Of a stretch of DNA of 64,000 nucleotides, positions 19,429 through 29,107 are shown one piece after another. Positions within the stretch are counted from its first letter, which is position 1, and every line of letters starts with the position of its first letter. The DNA comes from a virus: positions 48,561 through 112,560 of the IMG/VR virus record IMGVR_UViG_3300025121_000023, one strand, 5' to 3'. Both the position numbers and the translations under genes were made by a program. The notes under the pieces are model-generated. The model did not search any database. It was not told the origin of the DNA and saw only the letters and a program-made list of their open reading frames with translations.

Positions 19429-20118
19429 ATGGCAATATTATTATTAATTTCGTTTCTTATAGTTATGTTATCTATAGATGCGATAATTCAGTACAAAAGA
19501 AAAAATAAAGAAGATGTATCAGTAAAAAATTATTTTAATACAACTGATTTATTAGACGAAAAAAAAATTATTATACCAAGAGGTATACTTTTTGACAAAA
19601 CACATACTTGGACACATATGAAAAAATATGGTAATGTTAGAGTAGGTGTTAATGATTTTCTACAACATATTATTGGTGATATAACAAAAGTAATTATGAA
19701 AAACAACAATGAATATGTTAAAAGAAATGATTTATTATTATCTATTATTCAAAATGGTAAAAAAATTAATTTATATTCACCAGTGAATGGTAAAATTGTT
19801 TGTTGTAATAATAATTTATTAAAAAATTCTAATTTAATAAATGAATCTCCTTATGAAGATGGGTGGATATATGAAATATCCCCTACTAATTGGGAAAAAG
19901 ATATAAAAAGTATGTTAATGGATAAAACTGCTTTTGAATGGATTGAAACAGAATTTGTAAGATTTAAAGATTTTTTAACTAATACACAATTAAAAAATAA
20001 AGAAGAATTAATAATATTACAAGATGGCGGAGAAATAAAAGACAAAATACTATCTAATTTTGGTCCTGAAATGTGGGAAGAATTTCAGTTAAATTTCATC
20101 AATAAAAATAAATTATAA
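19429..20118 (+). CDS. GcvH-like (lipoyl-carrier fold) protein with N-terminal membrane anchor
   Basis: HTW, VRVGVNDF, YSPVNGKIV..N and LINESPYEDGWIY motifs, plus a C-terminal LQDGGE. Confidence 0.8.
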   Translation: MAILLLISFLIVMLSIDAIIQYKRKNKEDVSVKNYFNTTDLLDEKKIIIPRGILFDKTHTWTHMKKYGNVRVGVNDFLQHIIGDITKVIMKNNNEYVKRNDLLLSIIQNGKKINLYSPVNGKIVCCNNNLLKNSNLINESPYEDGWIYEISPTNWEKDIKSMLMDKTAFEWIETEFVRFKDFLTNTQLKNKEELIILQDGGEIKDKILSNFGPEMWEEFQLNFINKNKL

Positions 20119-20122
20119 CAAA

Positions 20123-20824
20123 ATGGATCCAAATACATATATAAATATATTCGAAACAAAAGGTTTAGAATATATTTTAACAATACTATATTTTGCAATT
20201 TTAATACCATTTTGGATTGTTTTAAACAATCCAAAAGTGAGAAAGTATCTTAAAGATAAAATAAAAGTTATAACATTAAGCATATTAAAAATACCACGTG
20301 GTATATTTTTCAGTAAGAATTATACGTGGTCATATTTAGAAAAATCTGGTTTGGCTAATGTTGGTGTTAATGATTTATTTCAACATTTTGTTGGTAATGT
20401 GGAAGTAAAACATATTAGAAAGACAGGTGATTTAATAAGAAAAGGACAAATAATAACATTAATAAGTAAAAATGATAAAATACTTAAAATAAGCTCTCCT
20501 ATATCTGGGGAAATTGTTAAAATTAATAAATCATTAGAAATTAATTCAGAATTATTAAATGATAATCCATATAATAAAGGTTGGTTTTATTCTATTAAAC
20601 CTAGTGATTGGTCTAATGAAACAAAAAAATATTTTTTATCAGAAGATTCTGTAAATTGGGTTAATAATCAATTATCTGTTTTTAAAGATTTTTTATCTAA
20701 TTCTATATCATCAGATAATAATTTAATTTTACAAGATGGTGGTGAATTATTAGATAATACATTATCTGAATTGCCAATTAATGTATGGAATGATTTTCAA
20801 AAAGAATTTTTAAATGATATTTAA
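20123..20824 (+). CDS. Second GcvH-like membrane-anchored protein
   Basis: VGVNDL, SSPISGEIVKIN, NDNPYNKGWFY and LQDGGE motifs with an N-terminal TM segment. Confidence 0.8.
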   Translation: MDPNTYINIFETKGLEYILTILYFAILIPFWIVLNNPKVRKYLKDKIKVITLSILKIPRGIFFSKNYTWSYLEKSGLANVGVNDLFQHFVGNVEVKHIRKTGDLIRKGQIITLISKNDKILKISSPISGEIVKINKSLEINSELLNDNPYNKGWFYSIKPSDWSNETKKYFLSEDSVNWVNNQLSVFKDFLSNSISSDNNLILQDGGELLDNTLSELPINVWNDFQKEFLNDI

Positions 20825-20840
20825 AAATAAATAATTATTT

Positions 20841-21293
20841 TTATAATAAATTTGAATATGGTTCAATTTTAGTAATTAATTTTAATGCTTGATTTTTTGT
20901 TATAGTTGTGTATTTATCTTCATCGAATATATAGATAACTTTTGAAAATTCATATATCTTTAAATTTCCATAATCATAGTTTATGTTTAACCCACACTTA
21001 TCTATCATTATCTTTAACCTTTGTATGAACTCAATTAAATTATCATGATCAGTTATATACATTGAACCTATATCTGTATTTATACATATTGAACCTATAA
21101 CTGATACTGATACATATTCCATATTCTGAAAACCAATGTATAAAAACATAGTGGTATCTTTATCAGATATTGCTTCATTAAATGACCAATCAATAGTACC
21201 TATTTTTCCATTTTGCAATTTTTTATGTTGAGCTTGACAAAATCCAATTAATGATACCATTATCATTAACATAATTAATTTAGTTTTTATCAT
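20841..21293 (-). CDS. Hypothetical exported protein
   Basis: Signal-peptide-like N-terminus ending in AQ, typical of Bacteroidota exported proteins. Confidence 0.6.
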   Translation of the reverse strand: MIKTKLIMLMIMVSLIGFCQAQHKKLQNGKIGTIDWSFNEAISDKDTTMFLYIGFQNMEYVSVSVIGSICINTDIGSMYITDHDNLIEFIQRLKIMIDKCGLNINYDYGNLKIYEFSKVIYIFDEDKYTTITKNQALKLITKIEPYSNLL

Positions 21294-21321
21294 AATTTAA
21301 TTTTTTAAGTTTATATTTAAA

Positions 21322-21372
21322 ATTAAAGTACAAAGATAATAAAAATAATTTTTATTATCTTTGTACTTTAAT
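21322..21372. repeat. Perfect 25-bp-arm inverted repeat containing TATCTTTG on both strands
   Basis: attaaagtacaaagataataaaaat-a-atttttattatctttgtactttaat. Confidence 0.9.
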
Positions 21373-21424
21373 AATATTTTTTTGTGTCTATTTTAATAAA
21401 TTTTTTATGAATTTAGATTTATTT

Positions 21425-22348
21425 TTATATGTACAGTGCTTTTGCTTTTCTTCTTTGCCTAGTATTTTTACCAATAGTTAAAAGATTTTTTAATTTCATT
21501 GCTCTATGTAATCTTGTAATACCTATACCAGCACCATATCTTTCAATCATTGGTAATGATAAATATTCTTTTAATTCATCTTCAACTCTTTCTTTTGAAA
21601 ATTTATCATATAATAATTTAGAGTATTCACCATCTGATATTGTATGAAAACTATCTAACATTTGTTTTGTATCACACGATCTTTCAGCGGCACCAAATGT
21701 TTCTTGACCACATATAATAAAATCACATTTATTATATAATTCATCACCTGTTTTTTCATCTACCCCATGATATGACATATTAAAAAAAGGCGATGTTCTC
21801 TTTGGGAAATGTGTTATTGCTACTACATCACCATATTCTTCCCACATCATATTTTCGTGTTCAGATTCTAAAATATCTACACCATATTTATCACATAATT
21901 CATTATAAGTAAAGAATGGTATATCTTCTATACTTTCTACAAATCCTAAATGTACACTTAATTCACTCATAGTTCTTATAAGTCCTTGAAAATCACCTTT
22001 ATGTTCAAACTCAAACATTCCAAAAATTTTTTTGTGTCGATTTTCAATAGGGTTTTTTTCATCTCTATATGAAGTAGTTGTACAATATATTCCATCTGCT
22101 TCTTCTGGCATAGTTAATAATATCATCTCCAAACTCATTTGATTTGTCTGTGCCAACGGCCAAGTGTTTCCATCAAATGAAAATGATCTTAATGTAGATG
22201 GATCTTCACAAGCTGCTAAAATAGATTTTATTGGTGATGGAAATACTTCTTTGTAATTTTTTTGGCTAAAAAAAGACCTCATTAATTTAATAATGAGGTC
22301 AAAGTCTTGAGGACCAATTACTTCTTGATTAAAAATTTTTTTCGTCAT
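21425..22348 (-). CDS. Class IIb aaRS-like catalytic domain only (AsnRS-like / archaeal-type asparagine synthetase-like)
   Basis: AACEDP, LAQTNQMSLE, motif 2 SYRDE..RH..F.MFEFE, ETFGAAER and motif 3 GAGIGITRL. There is no N-terminal OB anticodon-binding domain. Confidence 0.8.
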   Translation of the reverse strand: MTKKIFNQEVIGPQDFDLIIKLMRSFFSQKNYKEVFPSPIKSILAACEDPSTLRSFSFDGNTWPLAQTNQMSLEMILLTMPEEADGIYCTTTSYRDEKNPIENRHKKIFGMFEFEHKGDFQGLIRTMSELSVHLGFVESIEDIPFFTYNELCDKYGVDILESEHENMMWEEYGDVVAITHFPKRTSPFFNMSYHGVDEKTGDELYNKCDFIICGQETFGAAERSCDTKQMLDSFHTISDGEYSKLLYDKFSKERVEDELKEYLSLPMIERYGAGIGITRLHRAMKLKNLLTIGKNTRQRRKAKALYI

Positions 22349-22446
22349 AAATGTTTTTTTTTAAGGGCAAAAAATTACCCAAAAACAGTCTTGTTATATA
22401 TTAATATTTTATGTTCTATTTTTTCTAAAAATGAATTATACAAATT

Positions 22447-22478
22447 AAAAAAGGTGAATAAAATTTATTCACCTTTTT
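22447..22478. terminator. Intrinsic terminator-like hairpin
   Basis: aaaaaaggtgaata-aaatt-tattcaccttttt, with A/T tracts on both sides. Confidence 0.75.
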
Positions 22479-22550
22479 GAGCATATCTGTGGAATTTAAC
22501 CACCCCTAATCACAGGTTTGTGATTTATGCAAACATTACACCTTAATAGC
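22479..22550 (-). tRNA. Degenerate tRNA / tRNA-like element
   Basis: Minus strand GCTATTA-AG-GTGTAATGTTTGCAT-A-AATCAC-AAACCT-GTGATT-AGGG-GTGG-TTAAATT-CCAC-AGATATGC gives a cloverleaf layout, but the anticodon loop, T loop and acceptor stem are non-canonical. Confidence 0.45.
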
Positions 22551-22646
22551 AATTATTATTTATATATTTAATTTTTAAATTAGTTTAAATTAAATTAATA
22601 TATAATTATATATTAAAAAAATTATATGATAATTTAAAAGAAACAA

Positions 22647-23552
22647 ATGAATAAATTAACATTAGAAAAATTTATCGAAAAATCTAAAAAAATACATGGT
22701 GATAAATATGATTATAGTTTAATTATTACTTTTGAAAATAATAAATCTAAAATAGATATCATTTGTCCAATACACGGTATATTTAAACAAAGATTGTCAA
22801 GTCATTTTACATACGGTTGTAGCAAATGTTCATTTGATGAACTAAAAACAAAACCAGAAGACTTTTTTATAAAAGTTAATAAAAAATATAATTCGTTTTT
22901 TAGTTATAATGAAAATAGTTTTGTAGATATGAATACCCCTATGAAAATAATATGCCCTATTCATGGAGAATTTTTGCAAAAACCTAGTAATCACTTATAT
23001 AGAAAAGGTTGTAAAAAATGTAAAAATGAAAAAATAGGTAATTTAAAAAGAAATAAGTTAGATTATTTCATAAACCAATCTAATATTGTTCATAATAGTT
23101 TTTTTGATTATACAAACGTAATTTACATAGATAATAAAACTAAAGTTAAAATTAATTGTCCAACACATGGTATATTTAAACAAAGACCAGATGATCATAT
23201 AAGAGGTATTGGTTGCCCTATTTGTAATGAAAGTAAAGGAGAAAAACAATTAAGAATTATATTAAAAAAATATAATATTGAATTTGAAATACAAAAAATA
23301 TTTAAAAATTGTAAAAACGTAAGAACATTACCATTTGATTTTTATTTACCTGAAAAAAATATATGCATTGAATATGACGGAGAACAACATTTCAAAGAAA
23401 ATACTTTTTGGGGTGGTAAAGATGCTTTTAAAAAACAACAAATGAGAGATAAAATAAAAACCGATTTTTGCAAAAAAAATAATATAAAATTACTTCGTAT
23501 AAGATACGATGAAAATATAAAAGAAAAATTATCTAATTATTTAAATATTTAA
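22647..23552 (+). CDS. Zn-finger-array PD-(D/E)xK endonuclease (family B)
   Basis: Three CPxHG...GCxxC repeats followed by PFDFYLP...IEYDGEQHF. Confidence 0.75.
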   Translation: MNKLTLEKFIEKSKKIHGDKYDYSLIITFENNKSKIDIICPIHGIFKQRLSSHFTYGCSKCSFDELKTKPEDFFIKVNKKYNSFFSYNENSFVDMNTPMKIICPIHGEFLQKPSNHLYRKGCKKCKNEKIGNLKRNKLDYFINQSNIVHNSFFDYTNVIYIDNKTKVKINCPTHGIFKQRPDDHIRGIGCPICNESKGEKQLRIILKKYNIEFEIQKIFKNCKNVRTLPFDFYLPEKNICIEYDGEQHFKENTFWGGKDAFKKQQMRDKIKTDFCKKNNIKLLRIRYDENIKEKLSNYLNI

Positions 23553-23594
23553 CAACAGTATATATCGATTTAATAGAAAAAGATAAAGAAACAA

Positions 23595-24683
23595 ATGGGT
23601 AAACGAAAAACAAATAACGAATGGTATGATTTATTTAATAATAAACACAATTTTAAATATAAATATATTGATATTATTACAGAAAAAAATAGAAGATTCG
23701 TAGTATTTGATTGTGGAAAACATGATATACAAAAACAAAGAATAGAACAGCATTTAAAAGGGTTTGGCTGTCAAAAATGTTATAATAATGAAAAAAAAAT
23801 AAATAGTAATCATTTTATAAATGCTATGAATGAAATTCATAATAATAAATACTCTTATATCGATGGTTATAAAAATATGAAAACTAAAATAAAAATAAAA
23901 TGTGAAAAACATGGTATTTTTTATTTATATCCGATTCATCATAAAAATGGGCAAGGTTGTAAAAAGTGCAAAATGGATAAACATAACGAATTAAAATTAT
24001 TTAAATTTATTAATAATGCAAATATTAAACATAATTTTAAATTTAGATATGATAAATTTATTTATAACGGGTATAATAAAAAATCTATTATTACTTGTCC
24101 TATTCATGGTGATTTTTTAATGAGTTCCTATAGTCATTTAAAAGGTAGAGAATGTAAAAAATGCAAAATTGACGAACAAACTAAAACAAATAAACAATTC
24201 TTATTAGATGCTAATAAAATACATAATAATTTTTATATTTATCCAGAAAAATATGTAAATTCTAATAGAAAAATGTTAATTATTTGTCCATTACATGGTT
24301 CATTTTATCAATTACCAAAAAATCACACATCAAATAAACAAGGTTGTCCTAAATGCAATAGAAGTAATGGTGAATTGGAAATAGAAATGTTATTAAATGA
24401 TTTTAATTTAAAATATATTATTGAATATAAATTCGAAAAATGTATAAATAAATTACCATTACCATTTGATTTTTATTTACCAGAACATAATTTGTGTATT
24501 GAATATGATGGAGAACAACATTTCAAAGAAAATACTTTTTGGGGTGGTAAAGATGCTTTTAAAAAACAACAAATAAGAGATAAAATAAAAACCGATTATT
24601 GTAAAGAAAATAATATACATTTACTTCGCATAAGATATGATGAAAATATATTAGAAAAATTAAATTTTATCTTGACATTATAA
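23595..24683 (+). CDS. Zn-finger-array PD-(D/E)xK endonuclease (family B)
   Basis: Four repeats followed by a nuclease domain nearly identical to that of 22647. Confidence 0.75.
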   Translation: MGKRKTNNEWYDLFNNKHNFKYKYIDIITEKNRRFVVFDCGKHDIQKQRIEQHLKGFGCQKCYNNEKKINSNHFINAMNEIHNNKYSYIDGYKNMKTKIKIKCEKHGIFYLYPIHHKNGQGCKKCKMDKHNELKLFKFINNANIKHNFKFRYDKFIYNGYNKKSIITCPIHGDFLMSSYSHLKGRECKKCKIDEQTKTNKQFLLDANKIHNNFYIYPEKYVNSNRKMLIICPLHGSFYQLPKNHTSNKQGCPKCNRSNGELEIEMLLNDFNLKYIIEYKFEKCINKLPLPFDFYLPEHNLCIEYDGEQHFKENTFWGGKDAFKKQQIRDKIKTDYCKENNIHLLRIRYDENILEKLNFILTL

Positions 24684-25497
24684 AAAACGAATTATTAGGT
24701 GAATTATCTTTTATTTCTTTTTCTATTTTTTCTAACTTTGTTTCACCTTGTGAAATTAAGTCAGTTGCTGAGTATTGAAATCCACCAGGAAGATTAAAGA
24801 TAAGTCTACCAAGCATTTGTCCTAATCTTATTGTACATAATGCAACAATATATTTTTTGAAAAAATTATCTTTGAAAACTTCTTCTTGTTGAATTCTAAC
24901 ATAACAATCTAGCATAAACGAACTTCTGACTTCATCAAGAATATTTAATCTTTTATTAACAGGATTAAATGAATATTTAGTAAAATGTCTTGCTAATTTA
25001 TTTACCTCATCACTGAATGCAGATAGAATCTGACGATAAGTTGCTAATTCTCCTACGTTAGTTACAAAAGATGTTAAATATGGTTGATTAGTAACACCAA
25101 AATTTATTGATAAGTTTGGTGCTTGAATCCCAATTCTGAATAACGAAGGATCGTTGATTTCTGATATTTTTACAACATTTTCAACTTCTTCGGGTAATAC
25201 AATATAACCTACTGCTGTATATTGTTCTGAATTAATAAAATCTTTATCTAATCTGTAATATGTCTTCATTACAGCAAATTGATAATTTTTATAAAACCAT
25301 TCTAATGCATCTTCTTTAATTATTCTTTGAATTTCTATATCAGGTAAAACTTTTGGTAACATACCGGAAAATGTTAAATCGGCTTGAACAAAATCGACTA
25401 ATTCCTCTAATGTCATTCTATCATTATTTAGTTGATAATTGTCATTATTTAATGCCCAATTATCCATATTCATATCATTAGCATTTCTTATAGCCAT
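24667..25497 (-). CDS. Neck/head-completion protein, T4 gp13-like
   Basis: DALEWFYKNY near the N-terminus and a C-terminal FFKKY...GQML......LPGG.......LISQG pattern. Confidence 0.65.
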   Translation of the reverse strand: MAIRNANDMNMDNWALNNDNYQLNNDRMTLEELVDFVQADLTFSGMLPKVLPDIEIQRIIKEDALEWFYKNYQFAVMKTYYRLDKDFINSEQYTAVGYIVLPEEVENVVKISEINDPSLFRIGIQAPNLSINFGVTNQPYLTSFVTNVGELATYRQILSAFSDEVNKLARHFTKYSFNPVNKRLNILDEVRSSFMLDCYVRIQQEEVFKDNFFKKYIVALCTIRLGQMLGRLIFNLPGGFQYSATDLISQGETKLEKIEKEIKDNSPNNSFFIMSR

Positions 25498-25593
25498 TTA
25501 TATTTATTTATTTTTATTTATATATTAAAATTATAAAATCATAAAAACTTAGGTGCTTATATTTTAATATATAAGAATAAACATTAAAAAAAT

Positions 25594-27240
25594 ATGATAT
25601 TAGAAAAAGATAAAGAAATATTTATAAATGGTTCTATGCTTAATAGATATAAAAATTTAGGATATGATGTAAAAGATATAGGTACATATATTATACATAC
25701 AAAAGATTTACTAGATAGTAGTCACATATTAGTTAAATGTAAATGTGATAATTGTGGGAGTATAAAAAATATAAGATATTGTAATTACAAATTAAATATT
25801 AATAAAAATATAAAATATTTTTGTAATGATTGTAAATTAGAAAGAATTGAAAAAACTAATTTAAAAAAGTATGGAGAAAAAAGCACATTATTAGTAGACA
25901 TATTTAAAAATAAACGAAACGATACTATGATAGAAAAATATGGCAATATTATCCCATTAAAAAATAATGTTATTGTAGATAAATTTAAAAAAACAAATAT
26001 GGAAAAATATGGAAATAATTGTTCATTATTAAATAAAAATATAAAACAAAAATCAATAAAAACAAACATAGAAAAATATGGAGTAGAACATTATTCTAAA
26101 ACCAATGATTTTAAAGATAAAATTAAAAATACAATTTTACAAAAATATGGAGTAGAACATTATTCTAAAACCAATGATTTTAAAGATAAAATTAATGAGT
26201 ACACAATAAATAGAATTTTAAATAAGCATGATTTAAATATAATTAATATAAATGGAGATAATTATAATTGCAAATGTAATAAAAATCATATATTTAATAT
26301 TAATTATGGTCTATTAAAAAATAGATTAAGATTTAATATTACTGTTTGTACTATATGTAATCCTATTAATGATCATATTTCTGATAAAGAAAATAAATTA
26401 TTAGATTTTATTAAAGAAAATTATAACGGGAAAATAATAGAAAATGATAGAAATATAATTAAACCTTATGAATTAGATATTTACTTACCTGATTTAAAAT
26501 TATCATTCGAATTTAACGGAGTTTATTGGCATAACGAATTATTTAAATCAAATAACTATCATAAAAATAAATCCGATTTATGTGATGAACAAAATATTCA
26601 GCTTATACATATTTATGAGGATGATTGGATTTATAAACAAGATATAGTTAAATCAATGATATTAAATAAATTAGATAAATCTTTAAATAAAATATATGCA
26701 AGAAAAACAGAAGTAAAAGAAGTAACAGATAATAAATTAGTTAGAGAATTTTTAAATAAAAATCACATTCAGGGATTTGTTGGTTCAAAAATTAAAATAG
26801 GATTATTTTATAAAGATGAATTAGTTAGTTTAATGACTTTTGGTAAATTGAGAAAAGCTATGAATTCGTCTTCAAGTGATGGACAATTTGAAATGCTTAG
26901 ATATTGTAATAAATTAAATACTAATGTAATTGGAGGTGCTAGTAAATTGTTTAAATATTTTATTAAGAGTTATGAATTTAAAGAAATAACTACATATGCG
27001 GATAGAAGTTATTCTAATGGTAAATTGTATGAAGTATTAGGATTCAAATTTATACATAAAACTGATCCAAATTATTATTATGTCATTGATAGTATTAGAT
27101 ATCATAGATTTAATTATAGGAAAGATGTTTTAATTAAAGAAGGATATGATGCTAATAAAACAGAACACCAAATTATGTTAGAAAGAAAGATTTATAGGAT
27201 TTATAATTCTGGTAATTTAAAATTTGAATTTATAATTTAA
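25594..27240 (+). CDS. Hef-like endonuclease with KYG repeats and C-terminal GNAT/Mom-like domain (family C)
   Basis: CxCxxC, 23-aa EKYG repeats, YELDIYLPD..FEFNG.YWH, then NHIQG...LMTFG...VIGGASKLF...YADRS. Confidence 0.7.
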   Translation: MILEKDKEIFINGSMLNRYKNLGYDVKDIGTYIIHTKDLLDSSHILVKCKCDNCGSIKNIRYCNYKLNINKNIKYFCNDCKLERIEKTNLKKYGEKSTLLVDIFKNKRNDTMIEKYGNIIPLKNNVIVDKFKKTNMEKYGNNCSLLNKNIKQKSIKTNIEKYGVEHYSKTNDFKDKIKNTILQKYGVEHYSKTNDFKDKINEYTINRILNKHDLNIININGDNYNCKCNKNHIFNINYGLLKNRLRFNITVCTICNPINDHISDKENKLLDFIKENYNGKIIENDRNIIKPYELDIYLPDLKLSFEFNGVYWHNELFKSNNYHKNKSDLCDEQNIQLIHIYEDDWIYKQDIVKSMILNKLDKSLNKIYARKTEVKEVTDNKLVREFLNKNHIQGFVGSKIKIGLFYKDELVSLMTFGKLRKAMNSSSSDGQFEMLRYCNKLNTNVIGGASKLFKYFIKSYEFKEITTYADRSYSNGKLYEVLGFKFIHKTDPNYYYVIDSIRYHRFNYRKDVLIKEGYDANKTEHQIMLERKIYRIYNSGNLKFEFII

Positions 27241-27247
27241 TATATAA
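27237..27247 (+). promoter_or_regulatory. Representative copy of a recurrent phage promoter-like motif TTT(A/T)ATATATA
   Basis: Seen shortly upstream of about 20 starts, e.g. + strand 3936, 9370, 11889, 12794, 16827, 25564, 33231, 34397, 42764, 53006, 58958, 60967, 61266 and - strand ~9225, 16768, 25528, 38362, 42762, 58502. Confidence 0.65.
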
Positions 27248-27274
27248 TATCAAATTATAATTTTAACAATAAAT

Positions 27275-29107
27275 ATGAAACTCATAAATAAATTTAATGA
27301 TTTTGTAAATTTGATATTAGAAAACGCAAATTCACAAAAAATGCCTTTTGTTTTAAGTCAAAGGTTATATAAATTTTTGCAGCAAATTAAACACCCAATA
27401 TCAGATGAATTATTAGATGCATATTATTATGAAAATGAAACACCAGTTACTTTAATAGATTATGACGAAGATAAATTAGGATACTTTAAAGTTATAAAAT
27501 CTTCTAATTTATTTAATTATATGTCTAAAACACATTATAAATATAATAAAGACGCATTAAATAATAGTGTAGATTTACAAAATGATTTAAAAAAATACTT
27601 TCTTAGAACTAAATATGAAGATATGTATTGGACACAAAATAAAGAAAGTATGAAAATAGGTAAATTAATTAATACAATATTTCCTAATAAGTTTAAAGCA
27701 AATGGTGTACATGGTAAAGATATTGAATCATTTATTAATATGTTTAAATCAAAATTAGTAGATAGATTCAAAAATATTAAAATTGTTGATGGTGATTTAC
27801 TTAAAAAATATTATTATGAAGAAAATTATTCAAATATAAATTCATCATCGCCTTTATATAATTCTTGTATGAGAACCAAAAGATGTCAATTGTATGTTAA
27901 TTTTTATGCTATAAATAATGTTAAATTATTAGTTTTAATGTCTGATAAAGACGATGAACAAGACAAAATTATAGCTAGAGCATTATTATGGCCAATTGTA
28001 AAAGTAACAAATCCAGTTGATGAAGAAATTATATTTAATAAAGAAATGACATTTATGGATAGAATTTATTTTACAAATGATTATGATATAGATACATTAA
28101 AAGAATATGCTAATAGAGAAGGTTGGTTACATAAAAAATTTCAAACTTCATCATATTCTAGTGATATTTATAATCCTGATACAAATGAATATAAAAACTT
28201 ACAATTATTTACATCTAATAATTTTAAAAATGCAATTAAATATCCCTATATGGATACAATGAAATGGTTTAATGAATCTAAAGGTTATTTAACTAATAGA
28301 AGAATATATGATAATGATAGTAATGTATTTTTCTTAGAATCGACAGATGGTAGCCATGAAATTATTAGTTCATCACATCGTGATAATGTAGAAAATGGAG
28401 ACGATTTATATTACTCGGAATTTTATGATGATCATATTGATATTAATAGTGATATATATGTTTGGTGTGAATTAGGTGAAGATTATAGAACATATGATGA
28501 TGCAGAAACAATAACAGATTATAATGGTTATAATGTGAGATATGCAACCGAAGAGTATGTTGAAAATAATATGGCATATTCTGAGGCGGAAAGAAGATAT
28601 ATTGATAATGATGATGTATTACATTTATCTTTTTATGATGACGTAGTTAGTAGAGATTATGCTCAAGAAGAAATATATTATAGTGAAATTGATGATGAAT
28701 ATTATTATGATAACGATTGTGTATATTCTGATTTTCATAATACTTATATATATTATGAAGATGCAGTAAGTGTATTATGTGATATTAACTTTAATCCTAA
28801 AGATATAGAAGATATTGGATATTATGAATATGATAACAGAAAAGTTAATGATGGATCATATGATATTGCAATTATAAATGGTATAGATATAGAGGTAGAT
28901 TCAGATATTTTAGAAGATCATTTTGTTAAAATAATTTATGATATAGATAATGAAAGTGGAATAGAATCATATAAATATGGTTTAGACGATGGTAAAGGAT
29001 ATTTTCGTTGGAACGGCAAATATTATGCGAATAAATTTAAAGATAAATTTACTGGACAATTAAGATTATGGGAAAATAAAATAAGAAGATTTAATGAAAA
29101 TAATTAA
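27275..29107 (+). CDS. Unknown protein (SCM/RALLW/MDRIY family) with acidic Tyr-rich C-terminal repeats and CTS-like leader
   Basis: Paralog of the 29094 and <1-870 proteins. Confidence 0.75.
   Translation: MKLINKFNDFVNLILENANSQKMPFVLSQRLYKFLQQIKHPISDELLDAYYYENETPVTLIDYDEDKLGYFKVIKSSNLFNYMSKTHYKYNKDALNNSVDLQNDLKKYFLRTKYEDMYWTQNKESMKIGKLINTIFPNKFKANGVHGKDIESFINMFKSKLVDRFKNIKIVDGDLLKKYYYEENYSNINSSSPLYNSCMRTKRCQLYVNFYAINNVKLLVLMSDKDDEQDKIIARALLWPIVKVTNPVDEEIIFNKEMTFMDRIYFTNDYDIDTLKEYANREGWLHKKFQTSSYSSDIYNPDTNEYKNLQLFTSNNFKNAIKYPYMDTMKWFNESKGYLTNRRIYDNDSNVFFLESTDGSHEIISSSHRDNVENGDDLYYSEFYDDHIDINSDIYVWCELGEDYRTYDDAETITDYNGYNVRYATEEYVENNMAYSEAERRYIDNDDVLHLSFYDDVVSRDYAQEEIYYSEIDDEYYYDNDCVYSDFHNTYIYYEDAVSVLCDINFNPKDIEDIGYYEYDNRKVNDGSYDIAIINGIDIEVDSDILEDHFVKIIYDIDNESGIESYKYGLDDGKGYFRWNGKYYANKFKDKFTGQLRLWENKIRRFNENN

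Noticed and set aside
20291-20304. Third parS-like palindrome ataccacgtggtat
   Set aside because: Only the CCACGTGG core matches, and the conserved IPRG peptide of the GcvH-like pair explains it.
19429-20824. Functional glycine cleavage system
   Set aside because: No P, T or L proteins are present, and both H-like proteins are membrane-anchored and lack the canonical ESxK motif.
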